From: Antedon mediterranea
Taxonomy: Eukaryota > Animalia > Echinodermata
Reading direction: 5' to 3'
Assembly (NCBI RefSeq): GCF_964355755.1
Contig: NC_092679.1
Span: forward strand, 15,297,432-15,361,431
DNA: 64,000 bases
Position 1 is the stretch's first letter; the number at the start of each line of letters is the position of its first letter. Under the pieces are notes generated by a model, which saw nothing but the letters and a program-made list of their open reading frames with translations, was not told the origin of the DNA and ran no database searches. The position numbers and the translations under genes are program-made. Of the stretch, positions 26,501 through 40,434 are shown piece by piece.

Positions 26501-29500
26501 AGTGAGGTTACGTTATTTATCAAGCGCATCATATTAAAATAAACCACATTTAAATATAGGTCTACATTAGGTAATTTGAATAAACTATATTTGGTAATAT
26601 ATAATTTACAAACGGTACATTTAAATGGTGTGATTCACCTAAAAGTTTCACACCATTCAAAGTTGCGGTAAAGTTCAAATCAAAGTTGTCTTTTGTAGGC
26701 CTAACTGTATCCAAAATAATACAAAAGCGTTGAAAATGTTTTGTGACAACGTTTCCTTAAAGTACTCCTGCCATCATGTATTCAATTCAATTCAATTCAT
26801 TTATTTTTCAGAAGACATATAATACAATCAGAAATACAAACACTAAACAACTGACACCAGTCTGGCAGATTGTAGAAAAATGTCTCTCCTTCTGGTACAG
26901 ACAAAAACAACAATAAGTTTATAGGCCTATTTGTATTTTGCTTATATTTATTTATTTATTTATATTTTTGCATTGTAACGTTTGCTTTTATTTGTTTGAT
27001 TGCGGTACGGTACTTTATTGTATACGGTAATTATTTATTTATTTCATAGTTTTATTCAGCTTAATTATTTCTTAGTTATTTATGTTTTGATTTCATTTTT
27101 TTTCTCGTTATTGCTGAATAAACCACAAAGACATTATAGTGAACTATGGAGAAATAGCTTATTTCTCACATGAGTATAAGCTATTAAAATATCTCTTTGA
27201 ATAAACCCTGGAGTAATTTTCCTCCACGATTAAACTAAACAGGGTATTTATTTATTCATTCATAATAATTAACGGATTCGTACATCTGTCAATTAATTGA
27301 TCACGACACAAATTAGTAATTTATTATTAAACCGAGTATAAATAATGACATATTTACTTTTAATTATAAACATTTTGGATATCGGCCTTTGTAAATAAAC
27401 AATTAACAAATTACTGCACTTTAAATCATTATAAAGCAAACATTTGTTTTAAGTAATAAACGGTTATTTACCGTCCAATGAATTTCTGCAGCTTCAATGA
27501 ATAGATACAATGTATACAGAATTACAAATAATTGTTAATGTCGTTATAATATTTTTATTTTATTTCACTAAATGTTATGGCTTTTACCATGAAGAAATAA
27601 GTTAGTGCTTTTACCATGGACCATAGGTCCATGCTTTAACAAAGCTCTTTGTAAATCAAATTCAGTACAGATAAAAAGCTGAGTGAAAGCGTGTATGTCT
27701 GGATACATACGAGAAATATACAATTCTCACTAAAACGCAACGCAGCACAAAGACGCAACGTAACGGTATGACGTCACAACAATACAGGGCGCTGCATGGT
27801 TGCTAGCCAACCAAAAGATGCGTTCAGCCCTACTATGTTGATAAACAGTAGAGATTTGTATTTATATCAAATCATATATCTTAGCTTGATTTTTTTAAAC
27901 TTAAACTGTAGTTTAAGCCTATTCCAAACCATAGGTGACCTTTTTGGTTGCGCTAGCACTCTATATTATGGTTCGCACTAGCAACGCAATCTACGCAACG
28001 TAAGAAAATGCCCTTCCCCGATAATTGTGCCGTGCCCCGCGCCTGCGTGATATCAAACCTGCGATGCTTGCAGCATGGTTGCGTCGTCGGTTCGTCCCAC
28101 TTGCAATACAGCACTTTGCGTCAATACGTCCTTGCGTTGCGTCCTAGTGGGAACCACGCTAAACCTTGCGTGTCGCCGTGCCGTCATAACCTGACGTGTC
28201 AGACGACTGACGTAAACACGTTGTCCTAGACGTATATTAAACGCACTAGGTTTATTGCTGTTATTATATTCCGTTGACATGCGATAAGGTTTAAATAACT
28301 ATAGAATTACCAATTCCAATTAATATTTACTTAGAAAAAGTTAATATAACATTTCCCACTTATAATGAAAGCGTTTCCTTAATATGTTAAATTTGTATAA
28401 CCGCTTCGATATCGTCATCCTCTAATACATTTATTTAAAGCTTATTAAACGATTTGATTTAAATATAAAGAGTAATTCGTAAGCACGTGTTTACCGTTGA
28501 GCTGGGAATATACCGTGTCACCACACATCTAAATTACTTAAATTAGTACTTGTTCGGAGGGAAGATTCGCACGCCGCATTGAATACAATTTACCAATTAA
28601 TGAATATTGTTTTTCTATAACTGTTTTTGTGCGCGTTGTTACTATTATTATTGTAGCTTAATATTTTCTATAATTTAGTGGTAATATTCTGTTGTACTTC
28701 GTATTCCTGTAAGATTAGTTTCGGTTTCGAATAACACGAATATTTTTAGCACTAATTTTAAATCAATGTATTATATCACGTAACAACACGAAGATGTATT
28801 TTAAAGTTTTAATTATCGATGTTTTTATTCTATTTTTTAGCTGCGGGTAATTATTGTGTGTAGGCCTACACATATTACATCACTGTTCGAAATATAAAAA
28901 GGTAAGTAAGGATATGTTTTCATGGTTTCACTTCAATAACTTCATTGTAGCAAAATATGCTTAAGATTTTAAAAGCAAGAAATTACATTAAAAACACTTT
29001 GATATGTAATGTGTAATGTGTATTGAAAAAAATAAAAATAATATTTTCTTATTACTGATACCATTTTACAACAAAATAAATACATATTTTAAATTATAAC
29101 CCCTATCTTGCAGCGAGGGTGGACATACCTCATGTCTATTCGTCGCGTCGTATTTTCCAAGTAATCACAATCAGTCTTAAGAAATAAAGAAACTAATATC
29201 TGTATATGGCTTAGACCTATTGGTCTGATTACAGGCCACTAAGAGCTAACTTGGGTGATTTTCCCCGGCTTTTATCCGAACATATATTACTTTAATTTGG
29301 GAAAGTTTTCAATTTGATTGACGGGACACATTATAGGCGTTTACAAAAATAATTAGCAAATTAAGTAGGCCCTTTGTGTTAATTGATTAGTAAATACTTG
29401 TCAAGAAATGTACTGTATCGTACGTTATCGTATAGATTAGTCTATGATAGTTCTGATTAATTTATCTATTATTTTAATTAAAAGTTTACAATTCACTAGC

Positions 29501-32500
29501 TTGCGTAGTAAAATGTTACGTCGTTTGAATTAACCCTTATGGTGATTATGTTGATGATGTTTACACATTTGTTTAGTCATGGAGATGGATGGTGTGCACA
29601 GTATCTGGAAAAGTACCGTATACAAACAATTGTTTAAGCATGGACCTACAAATCAGGTCCATAGTGAGCACTTTAGTCTTATTTTATTCTTATTATTTTT
29701 ATTACTTATGCGGTACAGTAGGTATGTCACCATTTTGGGCTATCGTAGTTGGTAGAAGCTCAATTTCCCGTTTTACGCGATGAATTTAATGGATTAAATT
29801 AAAATTTAAAAATTTATATTAATTACGGTAATAATTTGGTAATTACATATATTCACGTTAAAAACCAATTACTAGAGCGTGAATAAGTTTTTTTTTTCTC
29901 TTTTGTGAGGTTCACTCACCTTTATTTCATTTCAAAATATAAATAAACAATTTTATATTATCTTTTTAAATATATACTATTTTCATTCATAGACATAAAG
30001 TTTCCCCTTACATCTTAAAAAAACTCTGCAAGATATCATTTATACATTTACATTACATATAAACTGAACACAATATCAATAAATATGGAAAATCAAAAGC
30101 AACTCAATAACCAGTTGCTTGTAGAGTATAGCATTTTCCATGCTCTTTTTTTTTACTCTTCTTTTTATTGTTTTTCCCTTTTTTTTCTCTCTTTTTTCTG
30201 TTTTATTTGCACTATTTACATTTGTGTACACATTACTTTATTTACAGTATCCTTCAAAATAAAAAATTAATAAAATACATTCTTATGTAAGTATATTTTT
30301 AAACATTATCCATGAGTTTTTACAGACTGACTTATTTAATTCTGACAATATTTTTATTTTATATATAGAATAAAGAGCAATTGAGTATAACTTATTTTTT
30401 ATGTTGCATTCACACCCAAAAACAAGTTCTTCAAAAGAACAGTTACTATTATCTAACTTTTTAAATATTTCATTGATTTTTTTCTCCATAATAAGACATT
30501 GCTTTTACATTTGAAAAACATGTGCTTTTCATCCTCAGTTACATCACATAACTCACATTTTTTTGTGTTCTTAATATTCCATTTATATAATTGTAAATTT
30601 GTTGGTAAAATTCTAAGAAGCAATTTGTAATTAATTTGTGCATATTTTTTGTTTTTTTCATTTTTTACTTTTCGACCAAATATCAAACCAGTTTGTAATT
30701 TCAATATCAATTTCTTTTTCCCATAGTAATAGGAGCAACAAACATACCTTCTATAAAACTTGAATATATCTGTTTTGTTTTCATCTGAAATATCTTATTT
30801 ATTCTATAATCATCTGAATTCATGTGTGTTCATTATTCTATTGATTCTTACTAAATCATTGATCTGATTGAAACCTACATTACTCCACGTTTTATAAAAC
30901 AAAGTAGTGTTTTACAAACAATTTCCTTATTACCCCATAGGTTTTCTTGTATAACATTATTATAAGATTTTGCCTTACTGTTTATATTCGTATTAAATTC
31001 TGCACAACTTTTTATTACATTTGAATAAAATAGGGGCATCTTAGCTAACAGAAAACTGCCCTTTCTTATATTCAAGTTTGACATATTCAACACCATATGT
31101 TCACTTCCAATCTTGTTTATATAATACAGCGTGAATAAGTTATTAAAAAATTATTTCACCATATTTCAAGAAGATGATTTTATGGGGCCCTCAACAATAC
31201 AAAGCGATAAACAATTAAAATAGTTTTAACGTTACAAAATATACAAAAATACAAGATATACAAAATTTACAATTTAAAAATATATAACATTATAATAAAC
31301 AATTACAATGTATGTAGGCAAAGGAAGCAAAATAACGATAAACAGATTAAAACATTTTTAAGGAAAACAAATATAGGTTTTTACTTAAAATTCGTAAGAG
31401 TTTGACCGAGACATCAAGTGTGAGGTAAAGAAAAAAGTGTGAGGTTAAATATTGCAGTCTTTTAAAATTAAAATAATTTTTTTTAAAGTTCACACCAGGA
31501 ATTGGTAAGATTAAACATATTTTACATTGTGACATTATATTATTATTAAATATTATGAATATTATGAATTCTGTAGTGCTACTTTATAGAATTTTCTGGA
31601 AAATTGTTTGTCTATCGAGGACTTTTACTTCATCCCTTTTTGTTATGATTTTACTATTCCGAGATAGTAAGTGAAAAATGGAAGACAACACAATTCATGT
31701 GAAAACAAATTCCATGACATACATAGGACATGTGGGCCACCAGAGAAAAATACGGCGTACGATGTTTGTTTTTGTACCGGCATGTAAATGTTCTTAATTC
31801 AATTAGTTGTTCTTAAGTGAATAAAATAATAAATTATGTTATTACAGTTTGATGGCCCCTATTAATGGGACACTTTTCGAAACAAACGAGGGGCAATCAC
31901 AATCAGTCCACTTAGTATTTTAACTTTAGTATAGAGGGTAACCCTTCCAGCTGGACAAAATAATGCCAGTTGGTATGCAGGGACCGTCCTATTAAGAGCC
32001 ATTCCTTTATTAAGACACTTTGTTGGGGCCCAAAGATGTCCCCTTATTCATTCATTCATTTATTTGATCAAAATCACATAAAACAAGTAAAAAGGTTCAT
32101 GAATAAAAAAACAACATGTAAAACAATGTTTAAAATATTTTTTAAATATTTAAAAACCATTAAAAATTATTATTATGATTATAACAAACATGGGGTTCAA
32201 AGTAAAATGTATCGTACTCACTTGGAAGACGAGGAGGCTTATACCTGGTACACTGTAACCATGAAAACCGAGCCATAGGGTCATCCTCTTGATGTCCGAT
32301 TTCCGGCTCATCTTTGACTTTCGTTTTTTTAATCTGTTCAGAGTTGCTAAGACTAAATATTGATGGTTTGGTTGTTAAGTCCTGAGCTTTCGTTAATTCT
32401 ACATTTTCCTCCATGTCAACTTCTTCATCGTGTTCTTGTTTCGATAGTTCTTGTTTGCCTAATATTCCTTCAATTGAAAAGTTCGTTATCCCCTTTCTCG

Positions 32501-32786
32501 TTTGTTCGCTTGATGTCGGTGGAACCCTCTGTTCAAAGTTTGCAGAAAAGAAAGATGTTGTTGAATCTAATTCTTTCAAAGCGTGGTACGGGTGATATAT
32601 TGCAAGTGGTCGATGTGAGCCGAAATGCCCCATAGCCGGGTACCACCGCATAAGGGCTGGGTGGATGCCTAACGGTAGGCCTGGCACGGTCATTGCTGTT
32701 GAAGGATGTGACGAAGAGCTGCTGTCCGCTATCATCCTCCAACGCTGTTCCAAACTCATAGCTAGTTTTAATGCCGATGAAGACAT
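23502..32786 (-). CDS. Msxlx: Msx-like (Msxlx-type) ANTP/NKL homeobox transcription factor
   Basis: Exons 32786-32222 (eh1 motif TNFSIEGILG; FSWLQCTRYKPPRLP), 26472-26306 (RNPRVPFSPNQVATLEQKFRLTHYLSSVDVTELSASLNLSDNR) and 23759-23502 (VKIWFQNRRARERRD...SAFEPV, stop). GT-AG introns of phase 1 and 0 join in frame. Confidence 0.9.
25024..25179. mobile_element. old diverged copy of the CCCACTAG MITE family
   Basis: AAGCTAGGTTACCAC...GACCAATCA...TTGCGTTGCG...GTGGGAATAAAGCTT. Similar relics at about 22020, 27730-28160, 57362 and 58291. Confidence 0.6.
29890..31127 (-). mobile_element. 5'-truncated L1/Tx1-clade LINE in Msxlx intron 1
   Basis: zf-RVT-like YKLLLRILPTN...CELCDVTEDEKHMFFKC in broken frames, poly(A) tail, and 14-bp TSD AGCGTGAATAAGTT at 29876-29889 and 31128-31141. 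Confidence 0.88.
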
Positions 32787-33039
32787 CGCAATATATTGTA
32801 TAAATATTGGTTGATCTGCTTTTTAAACCTCAAATAAATAAAGATTTAGCATCAAAAGTCCGCAAATAAACCTATCTTTACAGTAGGCCTACCAATCTAA
32901 ACAGCATTCGAAAACAAAGTTAGTAAAATTCACTTTGTATTTACTTTTAACATTGCAGTCTAGTATTGGAAGTGTTTACAAAGACATTTTACTGTACCAA
33001 CTGATACTTCTTGATTGTGTTTAGTCGGGACATACTAAA

Positions 33040-33200
33040 CATTAATGACTGAATGATACTCTGCGCATGCGTCACACACACATAAAAGATACGTGCTTTT
33101 CTAAATATCTAAAGTGTTTTGTGTGTGTGTGTTTGATGACGTGTAAACAATTTTAACCAATAAGAGAAGAGCAGTAGTGATCTTTCATTATTCGGCCGGT
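33040..33200 (-). promoter_or_regulatory. candidate proximal promoter of the homeobox gene
   Basis: TGCGCATGCG (NRF1-type), TGACGTG (CRE-like), GTAAACA (Fox-type) and CCAAT motifs about 300-400 bp upstream of the ATG. Motif-level evidence only. Confidence 0.4.
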
Positions 33201-33672
33201 GGTCAGTTTACGAGAGTAATTTTATCTGTACACTACTAATTGAACAATATACAAGATTGTTGAAACATATACCAGTAATGCACAAGTGTAATATGAAAAC
33301 CGTTTATTTAAATAAAAGATAAATCCGCAATAAATTGTAACTTCGATCTTTGTTTAATCACAATTAGGCCTACAAGTGTCCGTGGTATTTTTTTAAATAG
33401 ACCCTAACCACCGAATTTATTGTTTAATTTTGTATTATCATTTTTTCTTTTAACTCATTTTATATATTTATTATATATATATATTATTATATTTAAAATA
33501 ATTTGTTTTGTTTGTTTATTCTTCAAATATTTGTTTTTGCAATACACTATATTCATGATAAATTGAATTAATAATAAACAAATTAATCTGTAATTACTGT
33601 AGGCCTAGGCCTACAGTACAGTAGATAAAAATTGATGCAAGTTCTATCAGATATTTAACATTACGCCTCGTA

Positions 33673-34035
33673 AAGCTTGGTTCCCACTAAAACGTAACGC
33701 AAGGACGTAAACGCAACGCAAGCGTTTTAAAGCGTGGTTCCCACTAGCGACGCAACGCAAGGACGTAACGCAACGCAAGTGAATTGACCAATCACAAGCG
33801 ATGGCTTATTCGCTTGTGATTGCTAACTGTCTATAACTTCGCTTGTCATTGGTTAAAACGCTTGCGTTGCGTTTACGTCCTTGCGTTACGTTCTAGTGGG
33901 AACCAAGCTTTACCAATGACAAGCGAAGTTATAGACAGTTAGCAATCACAAGCGAATAAGCCATCGCTTGTGATTGGTCAATTCATTTGCGTTGCGTTAC
34001 GTCCTTGCGTTGCGTCGCTAGTGGGAACCACGCTT
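33673..34035. mobile_element. MITE nested in a MITE of the same family, opposite orientation (inner copy 33730-33910)
   Basis: The outer copy is split at GCGTTTTA|CCAATGAC by a complete reversed copy. Confidence 0.9.
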
Positions 34036-35632
34036 TAATTTTGATTGTGCATATTGTTAAATACATATATTTAAATTTGTTTTTTATAAAAACACCGTGT
34101 CTGTGTGTTGAAGCATTTCGTAAATCTTATTTTAAATGTAAATGTTTCATAAGCATAGGTCTGTCTATGTATTGAAATAAATTATAATTTTGAATAATAT
34201 AACATTGTTTAAGTTTTGTAAACTCTTTATCGAGTCGAACTCGCAAAAGTTCCTCAATCAATAATGTTAAAACAATATATATTATTAGATGGTTAAAAGT
34301 ATGTACAATAATAATTTATGTGACTAATAAGATATAGTAAGATAAGATATGACATCAGCGTGACCATATATGGGCACATCACATTTTTTTTTTCACATAA
34401 AACTTAATAGTGTAGACAGAGCTTTTTATACAAATATAAAATAATCATCCTGCGGAGGGGCAGAATGTACCTTATAATTACCGTATGTACTTCTTTACGA
34501 CCCATTTTGTCCACTAACCATTTATAATGAAAGTTAATAACCGAAAAGTAATGTTTAAATAAGGGGAAGTATTTAATTCGGTGTCACAACTAACCGAACA
34601 AACAAGCAATGTTTGCGCATTAGTGTTCAGTTACATTGTGCTGAAACCTAGGCACCGGCTAGACCAAAGTGAAGAAGAGCGTAAAAGATATGCTAAAACA
34701 ATCCGACAATCGGCGGCAAAAATCATTTAATTAACTCCATTATGCCATTGAAATTGACAAAAGGGTTGAAGTTTTACCCTTTTGTCAAAGTGATAATGTT
34801 ACAGTGTGCTCCAGATCATGAAACAGGCCGCTGTATAAGTAATCTGTATAAGAGGACGAATGTAAAGTGTAGTAGCCGATTCTCGGTAACGGTATAAATA
34901 ATGTTTCGCGTATCATAGGCAAACTCTGTAATACAGTGTCACATATGTATTACATGTGAAGCTTGTTTCATAGGCCAACGCCTAACTAACACAAGCACCA
35001 TTCTTAACAATGTATTACATAATTTTCCTGTGATATGGACATTATATAATGTTATAGGCCTAATATGGATATGTGGTACAGTGCGGGAAATCGGGTTGTC
35101 AAAGATTTTTTCATCACGGTAGAACATCTCTTCTTCTCTGTATTAAACAGTAGGCCTAAAGACAGTGTCACAAATTATATGGCTTTAATTTTCGCAACGA
35201 ATATAATTAAGCTTATATCATAATAGTGATGTCAAGGAAGCCATACATGAAAGCCTGTATAATTAGGTCAAACACTAATAGGCCTATATGCCTACTTGTT
35301 ACAAAAACGAGCAGTAACGTAAGCGGTAAACCGCGTAGCTTTTTCCACGTAGGCCTATAATTTATATCTATCCCGGGCGGGTACTTTTTCCGCTCCACTG
35401 CCCGTCCTCTCCGAGTTTTGTGTATGGTCATATAGATTCTATGATTTGTTTTCTGCTTACTGTTATCGACCGCGAACCACAGTGTTCATTCAATGATCAT
35501 ACAGTAGGAAAAGTGGAGTTAATTGGCAGGCTCAATTCGATTTAATTCATGTTTATTTTCATATGTTTTAATATGTGAATATTTTTTAGAATGTGCTGCC
35601 CCTGACGCATGTTGTGAGCCTAGAATAATAAG

Positions 35633-35804
35633 CAGTGGTGTAACAGCTATGAACGCTCACTGGCTAAATCCAGGGGCCCCGAGCTTATGGAGCCCCTGAT
35701 CAGTGCCCAGAGGAATAAACAGGCATTAAAATATGTCGAAGAGGCCTCCAGCGTTGGGTTCCTAAATCAGGGGCCTAAGGTTCTACGTTATACGCCCACC
35801 ACTG
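35633..35804. mobile_element. degenerate hAT-like MITE
   Basis: CAGTGGTG...CACCACTG ends with internal GGGGGCCCC/GGGGCC subterminal motifs. No clean TSD. Confidence 0.45.
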
Positions 35805-37069
35805 TTGAAAGATGCGTTATATATTGCTTATATTGTTGTTTTATGTGTAAGTAAAGTGTATATAGGCAATTAAAACTGGTATTGATGTATAATTGCCGCC
35901 CTGCTTCATGTCGTGAGTATAATACGATGAAGGGAAAGTGCAGTGACATTTTATACTTATATTGTTGTTTTATGAGTAAGTACAGTTTTAGATTGTAAGT
36001 TGCGTATAATGTTCTTTTTTTTTGTGACGATCCCATATGGTTTTATAATATATAATATATAACGTTGATAATAAAATGTACCATCTTATCCTAAGAAAGT
36101 TGTATTATGCTAAATATTTGTTAACAAAAAGAAAAAAATGCTTAAAAAATATGTAATTGTCACAAATGTACATAATATATAACAGAAAATTGGAAATAAA
36201 ATGGGATGAACCCACACAAGACAAAAGAAAAAAAAATAATCTTAACAATTATTAAATTTCGTAAGGGAAGGTTAATGACGGTAGTACATCGAATAAAATA
36301 CTATTTTTATCAATCATTGAGTTATTAATCAACTTGAAAGACACCACTGACGATTCAATTACATATTTTTCATAATTCTGATGGTACGGCAGGTGAATGA
36401 ACTGGTGTCTATCTAAACGTGATCTACCACCAGTGCAAAGCACAAGTAGCTCTTGTCCTAGCCCTTAATGTCCAATATAATCTGTTTTTAAAAAGATTCT
36501 ATACCATGGTATAAATTTGATTTGTGAACTTACGGGGAACGTTTAACGCATTATTATAAAGTACTTAAATTACAGTTTACTAATGAAGGAAAGTTAAAAG
36601 TAATAATTGAATGAATGAATACTGTAGGTTAAAATGAATGAATGAATGAATGAATGCTTATACTGAACTTATGTGTCAAATATATACAATTTGTTTTTTA
36701 TACTGCCTGATGTACTTGTATTTATATTTGTACGTATTTTAAACACAATTTACATTCTTATCTAATTGGTTTTCAAAATTCAATTTTATTTTGCCAATTA
36801 AAATGGAAATAATATGCGTACATTCCCAAAATTTTAAAATTTATATTAATAAAATTATTACTATATATACAATATTTATATTATTTAAAACAATCAATAT
36901 ATTAAAAACAGATATATTAACTTATGACGCAATGTAACTACGTAATTTGACAAATAACAAGAGAAGCGTCAAAAAGATATACCAACATAGTCCACGGTAA
37001 AACACATATATATATATATATAACGGTCTGATAATTTCAACCTGAGTATATATATATATATATATATAT

Positions 37070-37491
37070 TCACGTTCTAGAAACTCAACTGAACTCAGTA
37101 AACATATTTGGACACTCAAGGACAATAACACAGACTATACAACCTCATGGCGCATCTTGACATCTACTAAAGCATATAGTAGCGCAAACAAAAAATGCAA
37201 TCTCTGCCTCAAAGAGAAATTATTTATCATCCGCCACCCTGAATTATCGACATTAAACAAACGTAACGAACTTGTGTCCGCCTGCCGGCACAGAAAGAAA
37301 GCATTGTTACATAACAGCTGACATTCCAAAACATATCACCTGTAAATGCTAATTCTACAAGTAAATGTGCTTATAAGCAGCGTTGTAATTGATTCTTCTC
37401 ATTATAGTCTCCTGATGAGTGAGTTGCACGACTCACGAAAGAAGCCTGTAGAGACCAAACTGTAGTTCTTACTTCTTTTCCAGACTTAACG
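37070..37491 (+). mobile_element. Penelope-like element (Naiad-type) 3' fragment inserted in (TA)n
   Basis: Frame STELSKHIWTLKDNN...SWRIL...KKCNLCLKEKLFII...LNKRNELVSACRH, stop at 37321: GIY-YIG C-terminus with the CxxC typical of Naiad PLEs. Followed by a hammerhead motif. Confidence 0.8.
37402..37465 (+). ncRNA. type I hammerhead ribozyme motif (stem III degenerate)
   Basis: Stem I GTCTC/GAGAC, core CTGATGA, stem II GTGAGT/ACTCAC, GAAA, then GAAGCCTG-TA with a GUA cleavage triplet. Confidence 0.8.
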
Positions 37492-39266
37492 TATATATAT
37501 ATATATATGTATATATATAAACACAAGAGGCAAAGAACATTAATTCTAAACCGCCCGGTAATATACTGAAATTTAATTAATTAATTTGAAACGATAAAGA
37601 TGAGGAAATCTGTGAGAATGAGAAAAAGTCGCCCCAACCGAGACTCGAACTCGGACCGCCTGCTTGATATGCAGATGTCCTAACCATATATATATATATA
37701 GGTAACTTTATTCCAAAAAATGTAACAAAACCACGCACTGTGGATTTACAAAATCTGATACGTTCTTATATGCATGCATCCTACAACAACACAAAATATA
37801 AAATAATGTAAAAATAAAGATTCAAAATAACAAAAGCCACTTATTTCTGTTGCTGTCAATCTCACGCAAATTAAAACACATACAATGACTTAATTCTAAT
37901 AATTATAATACAATTTATATTAATTGCGCAAATTCCATAGATAGGCCTATGTTAAAATTACGCCACAAAATATTATATTTAACAACAAGGTACATACAAA
38001 TTTAAATTACAATTCATTTAGGGAAGAAAAACCAAGAATGAAAACAAAAGTTTTAAAACCACCGAACCACTTGGCTTTCCAATGTAGACCCTACACAGGA
38101 AGAGCATTCCAAAACGTGTTCAAATGCGCTTGTACGGGAACTCGTTATTTTCTGTGGAATTGCGGTCTTTAATAACGACTTAGTCTTGTTCTTGTTATTA
38201 GGCCTAATCTAAATTATTTAATTAGCGAATGGATTTGTTTTATAAAAGTGGTGTTTAGAACTCACAGCAAATCAATGCGAACAATAGACCGTGAAATGGT
38301 CAGCCGTTAATTAATAATGACCGCTCTAAATCTAGGCTCAATATGGGCTATAACTAAAGCCAACTCAACTGTATAAATACCTGTGAGTAGCTTACAATCA
38401 AGTTGACACAATTGGATGAATGTAGTTATAATGACTTTAAAAAGTAGCAGTCACAGCCCCATTCATACCGTAGTATTATCATTAGATCAGAAGTATACGG
38501 GATGATCTAACAGACACGCAGTCTAGGCCTTATTATAGAAAAGTAAAACAAATCAGGTGATAAAATGAAAATTTGTTAACTTGTAACGCACCGCTTCTTA
38601 CGATATTGATACATTGTCAAGCCGTTTCTTTGCACCAAATTTACTGAAACTAATAGGCCTTAACATAGATAAACCGGTAGTTCCGTATCAATTCGATATA
38701 AAGGTTGTTTCTTGTTACATCATGAAAGTGCATTACTATTATCGTTAATATTAGGCCTATTAATATTAGTATTACTGGTAGCTTGTGCATCGGCATTAAT
38801 TTTTATATAGGCCTGTAAATAAAAAAATTATTTTATATTCTTTTTTTTATGTCTCAAGGTTTTCAAGTTTATTTTCTATTGTACCAGTAAAATACTGAAA
38901 TGTATTGCATTGTATCAGTATTTTCATTAAGCTTATATTTTTCTGTTTCGGCGTTTAAACGTTCTTCAATAGACCCACCATTCCACTAATATGCCCCTAG
39001 CCCTCTAAATAATCTCACAAGGAAGAAACTCGGACATGGATGGATATCGATTCCGTCGACAGACACGGTACTGCATAGTGGAGTTGTGACTTGATGGTTA
39101 TGATGCTTGGCTACCACTCCAAAGGGTCCAGGATTTTTTCTAAGGACAGAATTACAACTTCACTCCCAAAGACTTGTAATAAGACTTTGTTTATGTAGAG
39201 CATCTTGTGTACCATCTCTGATGGTCCCTAATGATCAACAATTGCTGGATGGATCACCCTCATTAA

Positions 39267-40162
39267 AGATGTATTGTCCCCCAAAAACATGAAAAATGAA
39301 GATTAATTAAATCAGACTTTGAATAGGTTATTTTGTAGTTTTAATAAAGTGAATCACTTCCGTAAAAAAACAACGGAAAAAATAATGTTTTCACTTATAA
39401 AATAACATGATAAATGTTTAAATTCAACCAAAAATCCATTGGCTGGCAGCCAATTTGACCATTTTTAGTCGCGTGGAAGCGACTCTATAGTTCACTATGT
39501 CGGTCGGTTGGTCGGTCTGTCTGTCGGTCTGTCTGTCTGTCGGTCTGTCGGTCCGGTATCACTATGCGTTTTATCGCTTTCTGACCTTATCTTGATATCA
39601 GTTTAATCTAGCTAGGTCAATTTTTCACAGTATATTCCTTATGGCCAGGAATCGATGTGGTTATGTTTTCACGGTGCGCAATAAAAAATTACGCGGTCTA
39701 CGCACGATTTAACGAAATCACGTTTGTAATCATATCTTCACAACCATGAATCACAATTAAATAAAATTTGGTACTCATAAATTTCAGGGCATAAATCATC
39801 ATATGGCAATACAATTACGTGCGTAGCGCATGTAACGCATGCGTACGCGCGCTTAAAATTTTCAAAATTTATTTTCGATGAAATAAGAGTACGTTTCAGG
39901 CAATTTTAAGCGTTTACAAAATTGCCATGAGTGCGCATATTTTTGCGCGCGCACTGCGCGTTAAATGTTGTTGCGCACTCTTTTTGCCCGATTTCTGTTT
40001 TCTTGACTTACTTTTCAACTCGAAATTACGTTATACGAGCACGTCAAAAGTGACAGGCTACGCACGTGTAAATTAAAAAAATATAAATGTTTTTAAACAT
40101 TTCAACATTTTTAAACATGTTCAGTAATTTCGGTCAGTATAGTTTACTATGTCGGTCGGTCG

Positions 40163-40201
<39 letters not shown>

Positions 40202-40434
40202 GGTCTGTCTGTCGGTCTGTCTGTCGGTCTGTCTGTCGGTCCGGTATCACTATGCATTGTAGCACGCAACTTAATGGCTGTTGGCCTTGTTTGCTTTAAA
40301 TTCCAGTTTTTTCAGGTAAATACATTTTTTTTCGATCCAATTTTTGGTCGAAGTCAATAACTATTATGTAACATTAAAATGGCATATTCAACAAAAAATG
40401 TTTAAAAAATTATTTTCACTGGGACAATACATCT
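39267..40434. mobile_element. TTAA-flanked MITE carrying a nested HINE/DINE-like element (about 39462-40292)
   Basis: TTAA|AGATGTATTGTCCC...GGGACAATACATCT|TTAA. The insert has a GTCGCGTGGAAGCGAC hairpin, two (GTCT/GTCG)n tracts and a GGCCTTGTT end. Confidence 0.85.

Noticed and set aside
39060-39262. Possible tRNA genes here and at about 41030-41100
   Set aside because: Only decayed A/B-box-like heads without a cloverleaf; likely old SINE relics, too degenerate to call.
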